Source: an uncultured Candidatus Saccharibacteria bacterium (lineage in GTDB: Bacteria; Patescibacteriota; UBA1384; JACPKC01). Taken from it: a stretch of 64,000 nucleotides of DNA. The stretch lies in the NCBI GenBank assembly GCA_964423885.1, contig CAYRGD010000002.1:82128-146127 (forward strand). Reading direction: 5' to 3'. The notes beneath the pieces were generated by a model. It made no database searches and was not told the DNA's origin. It saw only the letters and a list, made by a program, of their open reading frames with translations. Positions 55,975 to 64,000 of this stretch are shown here, piece after piece. Each line of letters opens with the position of its first letter. Within the stretch, counting starts at the first letter, position 1. A program made the position numbers and the translations under genes.

Positions 55975-57677
55975 TGGACGAAATCCTCTATCTCGAGCCG
56001 GACGAGGAAATCACCTCGGTCATCGACAAGCTCAAGGATCTGCCGGGCGCGTCGGTTGCGTTGGTGCTGCCGAAACATGCCCAGCTCGCGTCGAGCGTAG
56101 TTAACCTGCGCCTGCTGCAAGCCGAGGCGAAAAAGCGCAAGAAGACGGTGGCGATCGTTACGCACGACAAAGTGGGCATGAAATTGGCCGCCCATGTCGG
56201 TATCCCTGTGTACAGATCCGTGACGGACGATACGCCGGTGACACCCGATGTCGGCCCCCGGCCGCCAGTCGACGACGTCGTGGAGCTGCACGAGGAGCCG
56301 CTCGTGCCGGTGGTTGCCGATGAGCCTGCCGAGAGTACCGACGATACTGACGATACGGCCGACGAGGTCGCGGATAGTCCGGTTCCCGTCAAGCGCTACG
56401 ACCAGCCGGCACCGCGGCCGCGCCCTATCCCCGAGACTCCCGCCCCGGTTGTTCCAGCTCCTGACAGTGCGCCGGAGCCTGTGGTGCCTGCTGCTCCCGC
56501 CAAGCAACGCCCGGCTGCGTCGCGCGCCCGATTCATCGGCATCCTGTGCGCGGCGCTCGTCCTGCTCGGTGCCGGCTCGTGGTGGCTGCTCATTGGCAAC
56601 TGGCACGCCGACGCCCGGATCGCGCTTGTGAGCGACCCGTACGAAGCCAAGACGACGCTCGTGGTCGACAATGCCGTGGCTGCCGTCGACGAGACATCGG
56701 GCATCCTGCCGGGCCAACGGATCGAAGCCACCGTCGAGAAAACCGCTTCGTTCCCGGCAACTGGCAAGAAAGACGTCGGCACGAAAGCGTCCGGGACGGT
56801 TACGGTGAGCAACCGCCTGGGCGAGCCGGTCAATCTGGCCGCTGGGACGCGCTTCGACCGCGACGGCTTGGCGTTCGTCTCGACCGAGGCTGCGACGGTG
56901 CCGGCTGCGACGGTGGCGCTCGATGCGGGCGGCAACGTGGTTGTCAAACCCGGTACGGCTACCGTCCGTGTCGAATCGACCGCTGCCGGCGACCAGTACA
57001 ACGTGGCGCCCGGCGCGTTCACGATCACCAGCCTTTCGGCGTCGCAACGCGAGAAAGTAACCGCTTCGAACCAAGCAGTCTTCGCGGGCGGATCGAGCAA
57101 GACCATGCAGGTCGTGACCGACGCGGATATCGACCGTGCCAAGCAATCACTTGTCGACCAAACCAAGAGCGAGCTCGTCGACGCGCTCCGTCAGCAGTCG
57201 CCGCAGCTCACGGTGCTTGCGGACGGCACCGCTTTCGACATTGTCGCGTCATCAGCTGATAAAGAGTCGGGCAGCGAGGCCGATACGCTTTCGGTGACTG
57301 CCACTGTCCGCGGCCGGGCGGTCGGGTTCACGCCGGGCGACTACCAGCGGCTCGTGGTGACATTGGCTGGTCAAGGTGCGCCCGAAGGCAAGCAGGTAGT
57401 ATCGAGCAGCGGCGATGCGATCGACACCGCTGTCGCGACGGCCGACGTGGCCCAAGGGAAACTGACGCTGACCGCGACGCTCCATACGAAGCTGGTCGCA
57501 ACGTTCGATACCGCATCGCTCGCAGCCGAGATCGCCGGTAAGACGGTCGGACAGGCGCAACAGCTGCTCGGCGCGCATGAGGGCGTCGTCTCGGCGACGG
57601 TCACCGTATCCCCTGCGATCCGCTCGCGGCTGCCGAACGATGCTGCCAAGATCACGATCACGCCCGAGGGCCAGTAG
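55971..57677 (+). CDS. Bitopic membrane protein with a baseplate-J-like extracytoplasmic region
   Basis: N-terminal ILYLEPDEEITSVIDKL domain, Pro/acidic linker, TM, then ATGKK..GTKASGTVTV, AGTRF, GDQYNV and AGG; ATGA-coupled to the ftsA-like gene. Confidence 0.75.
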   Translation: MMDEILYLEPDEEITSVIDKLKDLPGASVALVLPKHAQLASSVVNLRLLQAEAKKRKKTVAIVTHDKVGMKLAAHVGIPVYRSVTDDTPVTPDVGPRPPVDDVVELHEEPLVPVVADEPAESTDDTDDTADEVADSPVPVKRYDQPAPRPRPIPETPAPVVPAPDSAPEPVVPAAPAKQRPAASRARFIGILCAALVLLGAGSWWLLIGNWHADARIALVSDPYEAKTTLVVDNAVAAVDETSGILPGQRIEATVEKTASFPATGKKDVGTKASGTVTVSNRLGEPVNLAAGTRFDRDGLAFVSTEAATVPAATVALDAGGNVVVKPGTATVRVESTAAGDQYNVAPGAFTITSLSASQREKVTASNQAVFAGGSSKTMQVVTDADIDRAKQSLVDQTKSELVDALRQQSPQLTVLADGTAFDIVASSADKESGSEADTLSVTATVRGRAVGFTPGDYQRLVVTLAGQGAPEGKQVVSSSGDAIDTAVATADVAQGKLTLTATLHTKLVATFDTASLAAEIAGKTVGQAQQLLGAHEGVVSATVTVSPAIRSRLPNDAAKITITPEGQ

Positions 57678-57680
57678 CGA

Positions 57681-58055
57681 ATGGCGACGCTCGCGCTTGA
57701 TTTAGGGGAACGCCGTGTCGGCGTAGCGGTCAACGAGGTCGGCGGCATCGTCTTGCCGCTGCCGACCGTCGCGGTGGACACGGCCGAGTCGTTGGTTGCC
57801 GAGGTCGGCCTGATCGTAGCGGAACGGAATGTGGATACGATCGTGATCGGTTCGACCCGGCCCGGATCGGCGCTCGACGCACTGAAGATCTTGCTGGCTG
57901 ACCGGATCGGGGTGCGGCTGGTGGAAATCGACGAGGCGCTTACCTCAAAAGAAGCCGAGCGGCAGTTGAGTGCGCAGGGACAGCGCGGCGATACCGACGC
58001 CGTGGCAGCGCAGTTGCTGCTCGAACAATACCTGGCCGAACGGGCGGCCGAATGA
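57681..58055 (+). CDS. ruvX: YqgF/RuvX nuclease
   Basis: LALDLGERRVGVA, DEALTSKEAE and DAVAAQLLLEQYL. Confidence 0.92.
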   Translation: MATLALDLGERRVGVAVNEVGGIVLPLPTVAVDTAESLVAEVGLIVAERNVDTIVIGSTRPGSALDALKILLADRIGVRLVEIDEALTSKEAERQLSAQGQRGDTDAVAAQLLLEQYLAERAAE

Positions 58056-58891
58056 TGAAGAAGGCCTTGATCCTCTTAGTGGTACTGGTCGTGGGCGGCA
58101 TCCTGGCTCTTGCCGGTGCCTACACATGGTACCGCGCCCACCGCAGCCCGGTCGTCCACGAACTGCCGCCGGTGACCGAATACACGGTGACGTTCCCCGA
58201 AGGCTGGCGGACCGAGGAGATGGCGCTCCGCCTCAAGGAATCCGGTGTTCTGGCGACCGCTGCCAGTTACCTTACGGCCGCCGCCGGGCCAGTCCAAACG
58301 CTTGCCGCGCGCGGCATCACGGTTCTCACCGGCTCGAACCTGACCGGATTCCTGTTCCCGGACACGTACCGGTTCCTGCCCGACACCGATCCCGATACCG
58401 TGGTTGCGAAACAGGTGGCGACCTTCCTGACCCGTACTGATGGCCTCATGCTTACCTATGACGACGTGATCCTAGCCTCGATCGTGGAACGCGAGGCCAA
58501 GTTCGACGACGACCGGGCAGCGATCGCCGGCGTCTACGCGAACCGTCTCAAGATCGGCATGGGCTTGCAGGCCGATCCCACAGTGCAGTATGCGCTCGCC
58601 AATACGGTTGACGACTGTACGGCAGCGATCGATACCGCCGCCTGTGCCGGTAAAGCCTGGTGGCGCGAGCTCACCCGCGCCGATATCAACGACACCGTGT
58701 CGCCGTACAACACCTACAAGCAGGCCGGCCTGCCGCCCACGCCGATCTGTAACCCTGGGCTCGCTTCGCTCAAGGCGGCGGCCGAACCGGCTGCCCACGG
58801 CTATTATTATTTCGTGACGGACAAGGACGGCCACGCGCATTTCGCGGCGACCTTGGCCGAGCATAACCGGAACGTGGCCACGTACCGATAA
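58052..58891 (+). CDS. mltG: Endolytic transglycosylase MltG
   Basis: FPEG, GFLFPDTY, ASIVERE, LQADPT and SPYNTY...GLPPTPICNPG. Confidence 0.95.
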   Translation: MMKKALILLVVLVVGGILALAGAYTWYRAHRSPVVHELPPVTEYTVTFPEGWRTEEMALRLKESGVLATAASYLTAAAGPVQTLAARGITVLTGSNLTGFLFPDTYRFLPDTDPDTVVAKQVATFLTRTDGLMLTYDDVILASIVEREAKFDDDRAAIAGVYANRLKIGMGLQADPTVQYALANTVDDCTAAIDTAACAGKAWWRELTRADINDTVSPYNTYKQAGLPPTPICNPGLASLKAAAEPAAHGYYYFVTDKDGHAHFAATLAEHNRNVATYR

Positions 58892-58908
58892 CCGATATAG
58901 GAGGGACG

Positions 58909-61518
58909 ATGAACGCAGCGAAGGCATACGGTTTGTATCGGCGCAGCCTGGCCGTTGCACTGCTCCTACTGCTGCAGGTACTCGCGCTCGATCTGACCGC
59001 GCCGCGGGAATCCGGCAACAACGATACTGCCACTGCCCAAGCCGCCTACGCCACCCTCCCGCTCGCCTTCGAACCGAACGTAGGTCAGGCCGACGGCGCG
59101 GTCGACTTCCTTGTCCACCACGGCCAGGCCGTGACGGCGTTTTCTAGTACCGGTACGACCACGAGCGTCGGCGGGAAGCAGGTGACGATGGCGTTGAAGA
59201 ATGCGGACGAACAAGATTTCAGTGGTACCGACGAACTCCAATCCAAAACCAATTACTTCCTTGGCAACGACGAAAGCCAGTGGCAATCGGATATCCCGAA
59301 CTACGGCAAATTATTAGCCAAAGACATATATCCAGGTATCGATCTGGCCTACTACGGCACGAACTCGCAGCTGGAACATGATTTCATCGTTGCTCCGGGT
59401 GTCGATTACAAACAAATCGCGTTCGGCTTTACCGGGCAGGACGATCTGGCCTTAGACGATGACGGCAACCTCGTTTTGAAAGCCGGTGACGATACCCTGA
59501 CCCTCAACGCCCCGGTCACCTACCAGACCGATACCAATTCGAAACACACCATCCCGAGCAGCTTCGAACTCAAGAACGGCACCGTCACGATTGCCGTAGC
59601 GGATACGTACGACCCGGCGAAGCCGCTGATCATCGATCCGGTGTTGTCGCTCGTGTATTCCACCTACTTAGGAGGAAGCGGGGGTGATCAGGGTAGTAGC
59701 ATTGCTGTCGATGCAAGCGGCAATGTCTATGTCACCGGCACCACGAGCTCGGCCAATTTTCCGACCGCCTCACCGTTCCAGGGGAGTCGCAATGGCAGCG
59801 ACGACATTTTTATCGCCAAGCTCAACCCGTTAGGCTCCGCGCTCGTCTACTCGACGTATTTGGGCGGGAGTACTGGCGGCGAAGCTCCGTACAGTATCGC
59901 CGTCGATGTTGACGGCAATGCATACGTGATTGGAATCACCAACTCCAGCAACTTCCCTACGATGTCGCCGTTCCAAGGAAGCTTGAGCGGCTCCCAAGAC
60001 GCCTTCGTTACGAAGCTCAATCCAGGTGGTTCGGCGCTCGTGTATTCTACGTATTTGGGTGGGAGTGATGCCGAAACGGGATATGGGATCGCTGCCGATG
60101 CGAACGGTAACGCGTACGTGACGGGCAATACTTCCTCCGCTAACTTCCCGACTGTCTCGCCGTTCCAGGCAGTAAGATCGGGTGCCACCGATGCCTACGT
60201 CGCGAAGTTCAACTCGTCAGGCTCTGCGCTTGTGTACTCGACATACCTCGGGGGGAGCTCGACCGATGGTGGCGTAGCCATTGCTGTTGATGCAAGCAGT
60301 AGTGCGTACGTGACCGGTCTGACCAACTCCACCAACTTCCCGACCGCCTCTCCTTTCCAGGCGAGTTACGGTGGATCGGGGGACGTATTTCTTGCCAAAT
60401 TCAATGCCACTGGTTCTGCCTTGACGTATGCCACATACCTCGGCGGGAGCGCCAGCGAATTACCATACTACGGCATGGCGGTCGACAGTGTCGGGAATGC
60501 GTATATCGCTGGTTCGACCAACTCGACCGATTTCCCGACTGAATCGCCGGTGCAGGCCAGTAAGAGTGCCGGCAACGATGCCTTCGTCACCAAGTTCGAT
60601 CCTTCTGGTTCTGCACTCGTCTACTCGACATACTTAGGAGGGAGTGAGCCGCACGCAAGCTTTAGCGATACGGCTTCCGCCGTTGCCGCCGACTCAGCGG
60701 GCAATGCCTATGTCACCGGCTTTACATATTCGACCGATTTCCCGACCAGCAATCCTCTCCAAGGATCGGGGAGTGGTAACGGTGATGCTTTTGTCACGAA
60801 ACTTAATCCGTCAGGCTCCGCACTTGTCTATTCGACATATATTGGGGGAAGCGATAATGATGGGGGTAGGGGTATCGCGGTCGGTTTGAACGGCGACGCG
60901 TACGTCACGGGTAGTACTTCCTCCACCAACTTCCCGACTATGTCACCGATGCAGGCGGTAAATGCGGGGAATGGCGACGTTTTCATTACCCGACTCACCG
61001 AACACAACGTCGACCTTGAGGCCCGCGTGAATCCCACCCTCACCTTTACCGTCGGCAGCACGAGTTGCGCTCTTGGCACGCTCTCGGCCACCCAGACCCA
61101 GCAGTGCACATATACGCTGTCCGCAGCCACGAACGGGGAATCCGGGTACGGCATTTCGTATCTGCCAGCGGCGACGTTAACCAGTGGCGGGAATACGATT
61201 ACAGCGCTAGGTTCTCCGACTGCCAGTACGCTCAATACCGAACAGTTCGGGTTGAACTTGGCAGCCAATACCGCAGCGGGCTCGCATACAGCCACGGACT
61301 TCGGTGCTGCTCCGTCGGGCGGAAGTGGTGCTGCGGCAGCCAACTACGCCACGGCCAACTCGTTCAAGTTCACGACGGCCGGTGACCAAGTCGCGTCGTC
61401 GGCCGGTCCGTCGCTCGCGACCACGTACACTGTGTCGACGATCGCCAACATCGGGAACACGACGGAGGCCGGGGCGTACAGCACAGCGATTACCTTCAAC
61501 ATCGTAGCGGGGTATTAA
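58909..61518 (+). CDS. Secreted SBBP-repeat beta-propeller surface protein
   Basis: LPLAFEPNVGQ N-domain; seven repeats of the form YSTYLGGS...AVD..GNAYVTG.T.S.NFPT; C-terminal PTLTF...ATN..GY...EQFGLNL...AGAYS domain. Confidence 0.9.
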   Translation: MNAAKAYGLYRRSLAVALLLLLQVLALDLTAPRESGNNDTATAQAAYATLPLAFEPNVGQADGAVDFLVHHGQAVTAFSSTGTTTSVGGKQVTMALKNADEQDFSGTDELQSKTNYFLGNDESQWQSDIPNYGKLLAKDIYPGIDLAYYGTNSQLEHDFIVAPGVDYKQIAFGFTGQDDLALDDDGNLVLKAGDDTLTLNAPVTYQTDTNSKHTIPSSFELKNGTVTIAVADTYDPAKPLIIDPVLSLVYSTYLGGSGGDQGSSIAVDASGNVYVTGTTSSANFPTASPFQGSRNGSDDIFIAKLNPLGSALVYSTYLGGSTGGEAPYSIAVDVDGNAYVIGITNSSNFPTMSPFQGSLSGSQDAFVTKLNPGGSALVYSTYLGGSDAETGYGIAADANGNAYVTGNTSSANFPTVSPFQAVRSGATDAYVAKFNSSGSALVYSTYLGGSSTDGGVAIAVDASSSAYVTGLTNSTNFPTASPFQASYGGSGDVFLAKFNATGSALTYATYLGGSASELPYYGMAVDSVGNAYIAGSTNSTDFPTESPVQASKSAGNDAFVTKFDPSGSALVYSTYLGGSEPHASFSDTASAVAADSAGNAYVTGFTYSTDFPTSNPLQGSGSGNGDAFVTKLNPSGSALVYSTYIGGSDNDGGRGIAVGLNGDAYVTGSTSSTNFPTMSPMQAVNAGNGDVFITRLTEHNVDLEARVNPTLTFTVGSTSCALGTLSATQTQQCTYTLSAATNGESGYGISYLPAATLTSGGNTITALGSPTASTLNTEQFGLNLAANTAAGSHTATDFGAAPSGGSGAAAANYATANSFKFTTAGDQVASSAGPSLATTYTVSTIANIGNTTEAGAYSTAITFNIVAGY

Positions 61519-61575
61519 CCGCCCTCTTTACGCGGGCGGCGCGCGCCGGTAGTGTCAGGGCTCTGGAGGTTGGGC

Positions 61576-62625
61576 GTGCTGGGACGACTCTTCGGCTTCA
61601 TGGCGCATGATATCGGGATCGACCTGGGCACGGCCAACACGCTCGTGTACGTGAAGGGTCGCGGGATCGTGATGAACGAGCCGTCCGTGGTGGCGATCAA
61701 CCAACGGACACGTTCGATTTTGGCGATCGGCGACGAGGCGCGGAAAATGGTCGGGCGGACGCCGGCGCACATCGTGGCGATCCGGCCATTGGTCGACGGG
61801 GTCGTGTCGGATTTCGAGGTGACCGAACAGATGCTCAAGTACTTCGTGTCGCGCGTGCAGCCGGCGCGCCTGGGGCCGTTCTCGCGCCCGCGTGTGGTGG
61901 TGGGGATCCCCTACGGCGTCACCGAGGTGGAGCGCCGCGCGGTCGAGGAAGCGGCGATGAACGCCGGTGCGCGCGAGGTATACCTGATCGAAGAACCGGT
62001 GGCTGCAGCAATCGGCGCCCGGCTGCCGATCCAAGAACCCGGTGGCAGCTTTATCGTGGATATCGGGGGCGGTACGACCGAGGTCGCGGTCATTTCGCTG
62101 GGCGGGATCGTGGCGAGCCGGTCGCTGCGGATCGCGGGCGACGAGCTGACCGAAGACATCAAGCAGTTCGCGCGCGACGAATTGAATTTGCTCATCGGCG
62201 ACCGGATGGCCGAGGACATCAAGCTCCAGCTCGGCTCGGCGATGCCGTTCTCGTCGAAGCCCGAAGCCGTGCCGATCCGCGGCCGCGACTTGGTGTCTGG
62301 CCTGCCGCGCGAACTCTTTATTACCGACGACCAGGTACGGGCCGCGCTGGCGCGCTCGATCGCCCAGATCGTGGCCGCGGTCAAGGCGACGATCGAGGAA
62401 ACGCCGCCCGAGCTGGTAGCCGACCTCATGGTTCGTGGCATTACGATAGCCGGCGGTGGGGCGTTGCTCCGCGGCCTGGCGCAGTTGCTGCACCAACAAA
62501 CCGGCACCAGTATCCACGTAGCCGAGGATCCGTTGACGACCGTGGTGCGCGGCACGGGCATCGTGCTCGAAGACCTGGACGCGCTCCGGCCGGTGCTGCT
62601 GCCGAGCGAGTGGGGGACGCGCTGA
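61576..62625 (+). CDS. mreB: Rod shape-determining protein MreB
   Basis: GIDLGTANT, EPSVVA, TEVERRA, DIGGGTTE and GGGALL; GTG start after GGAGG. Confidence 0.97.
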   Translation: MLGRLFGFMAHDIGIDLGTANTLVYVKGRGIVMNEPSVVAINQRTRSILAIGDEARKMVGRTPAHIVAIRPLVDGVVSDFEVTEQMLKYFVSRVQPARLGPFSRPRVVVGIPYGVTEVERRAVEEAAMNAGAREVYLIEEPVAAAIGARLPIQEPGGSFIVDIGGGTTEVAVISLGGIVASRSLRIAGDELTEDIKQFARDELNLLIGDRMAEDIKLQLGSAMPFSSKPEAVPIRGRDLVSGLPRELFITDDQVRAALARSIAQIVAAVKATIEETPPELVADLMVRGITIAGGGALLRGLAQLLHQQTGTSIHVAEDPLTTVVRGTGIVLEDLDALRPVLLPSEWGTR

Positions 62626-63410
62626 AGCCGCGGACGGTACTGGCGGCAGTCGCGATGGCGGTACTGCTGTGCGTGGCCGGGGCGACGCTTCCGCCGGTGC
62701 GGTCGGCTGCGAGGCGTCTTGCGTCGCTCGGTGCGCCGTTCTACCGGACGACGCTCGGACTCAAGCGGCTCGCAGCCAGTATCCGCGAGATCGGGCAGCT
62801 GCGCGCACGCGTCGCCGAACTGGAAGCCGAGAACCGCGAACTTGCGAGCGCCCGAATCGCGGCCGACGAACGCGGTGTCGAGGCGGGGTTGTCGGACAAG
62901 CAAGCGACGGCCGCCGCGACGGTTCTGCCTGGTGCGCAGCCGGTCGTTGCCCGGGTACTGTTCCGCGCGCCGAGCGGCCTCTTGGACGCGGTCACGATCG
63001 ACAAAGGTGCGCGCGACGGCGTCCAGATCCATGACGCGGTGTTGGTCGACGGCTTCTTCGCCGGCAGCGTCACCAGCACCGGCGACGGGACAGCCCAGGT
63101 ACTTCTGGCCACGAATCCGTCGCTGCTCACGCCCGTGCTGTTTGCCAAGGGCCGCGCCCAGGGCCTGCTCCGCGCCAACCTCGAAGGTTTGATCGTGTCC
63201 GATGTGCCCAGTAGTGCGGACATCGCCTCGGGCGAGGCGGTGCTGACGAACGGCATCGGCGGCACGGTGCCGCCGGGCATCCCGATCGGCACGGTCGACA
63301 GCATCCTATCCGACCGGTCGGACATCCTGAAGCGTGTCCGGATCGTCTCGCCGGTGCCGTTCCGCGCGCTTGCCTACGTCGCGGTGGTGCACATGGGGGC
63401 AACGCCGTGA
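62610..63410 (+). CDS. mreC: Rod shape-determining protein MreC
   Basis: Coiled coil ENREL, IDKGARDGV and PPGIPIG; follows mreB; start uncertain. Confidence 0.9.
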   Translation: MGDALKPRTVLAAVAMAVLLCVAGATLPPVRSAARRLASLGAPFYRTTLGLKRLAASIREIGQLRARVAELEAENRELASARIAADERGVEAGLSDKQATAAATVLPGAQPVVARVLFRAPSGLLDAVTIDKGARDGVQIHDAVLVDGFFAGSVTSTGDGTAQVLLATNPSLLTPVLFAKGRAQGLLRANLEGLIVSDVPSSADIASGEAVLTNGIGGTVPPGIPIGTVDSILSDRSDILKRVRIVSPVPFRALAYVAVVHMGATP

Positions 63411-63880
63411 CACCCGCTGTGATCGTCGCCGTTGCGGTTGCCACGGTTGTCGTCCAGGTGACGGCGCTCGCGGCCTGGCCGATCTTCGGCGGCCAGCCGC
63501 ACCTTATCGCAGTGGGGGCCGCGCTATTCCTGGCGTTCCGTCGCCCGGCCGACGGCCTGTGGTGGGTGTTGGCAGGCGGCGCTCTGTTCGACCTGCTGCT
63601 GCCGGCCCGGGTCGGGACGACGCTCGTGCCGCTGCTTGTCGCGTACCTGGCGCTGGCCGCTGCTGCGCGGTGGGTCGTGGAAACGTATCCGTGGCTCGGC
63701 GGGATCGCTGCCGCGCTCGTCTTGCTTGTTGCCACTGAACTGCCGCTGGCCGCCATGACCGGCGGGTGGCGCCAGTTCGGCCACGACCTGGCTGCCGGCG
63801 CAGCCATTGTCGCTGCAAGCACGCTGGTACTGGCATCGGCCGGCGTCCGGCCGGACAGGGGGCCGCATGTCGGTCTTTGA
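63407..63880 (+). CDS. mreD: Rod shape-determining protein MreD
   Basis: Multi-TM protein after mreC; PHL and GG..FDL. Confidence 0.8.
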   Translation: MTPAVIVAVAVATVVVQVTALAAWPIFGGQPHLIAVGAALFLAFRRPADGLWWVLAGGALFDLLLPARVGTTLVPLLVAYLALAAAARWVVETYPWLGGIAAALVLLVATELPLAAMTGGWRQFGHDLAAGAAIVAASTLVLASAGVRPDRGPHVGL

Positions 63881-64000
63881 GCCGACCGGCTCGCTCGGCA
63901 CCATGCCGGAGCGCGACGAGGAATTTTCCTGGACCGCGCCCGACGACGAGACGATCCCGATCGAACGGGATGCCCCGTTGCCGCTCGCGCGACTGTTCGC
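63867..64000 (+). CDS. 5' end of the next gene, probably penicillin-binding protein 2 (MrdA), truncated by the window
   Basis: ATG at 63867 with an open frame MSVFEPTGSLGTMPERDEEF...; identity inferred only from mreBCD synteny. Confidence 0.45.
   Translation, partial: MSVFEPTGSLGTMPERDEEFSWTAPDDETIPIERDAPLPLARLF

Noticed and set aside
55971-57677. Prophage or contractile injection system suggested by the baseplate-like protein
   Set aside because: No sheath, tube, capsid, terminase or integrase genes; flanked by core genes
59640-61000. Periodic DNA repeats as a CRISPR array or DGR
   Set aside because: In-frame degenerate SBBP protein repeats; no identical repeat-spacer pattern, cas gene or reverse transcriptase
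1-64000. Alternative genetic code (UGA = Gly)
   Set aside because: Conserved genes such as yebC, mreB and grpE end at TGA at the expected lengths

Overview
A gene-dense, high-GC bacterial chromosomal segment using genetic code 11 (TGA acts as a stop). Gene content and order point to a Patescibacteria (CPR) genome; this is an inference from the short AlaRS, secG next to a lone family-5 solute-binding protein, split ComEC, and the ftsA-like/baseplate-J-like pair beside ruvX-mltG-mreBCD. From left to right the window contains: (1) an operon of large surface proteins; (2) lepA; (3) a ~14 kb accessory block ending at tRNA-Lys, with a DabAB-type inorganic carbon pump, a ZnuABC-like transporter, an FNR-like reductase, a Fur/Zur regulator, a CooC-like ATPase paired with an SCO5389-like Cys-terminated protein, the oxidative pentose phosphate genes, and LUD/HxlR; (4) grpE-dnaK-lipoprotein-mini dnaJ; (5) competence and recombination genes interleaved with a sugar module (galE, galT, GH130, HAD, two GT4); (6) nine tRNAs in total, secG, rpsA, nrnA, slt and alaS; (7) the ftsA-like/baseplate-like pair, ruvX, mltG, an SBBP protein, mreBCD and probably the start of PBP2. 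The best candidates for new biology are DabAB in a likely non-respiring symbiont, a highly structured ~210-nt ncRNA candidate after rpsA with an SD/anti-SD loop, the Fur-linked CooC/SCO5389-like pair, the FtsA-like/baseplate-J-like envelope pair, and two tRNAs sharing an A18/G55 elbow covariation. No CRISPR array, integrase, transposase or rRNA was seen. Family assignments come from recognising motifs by eye; no database searches were run.
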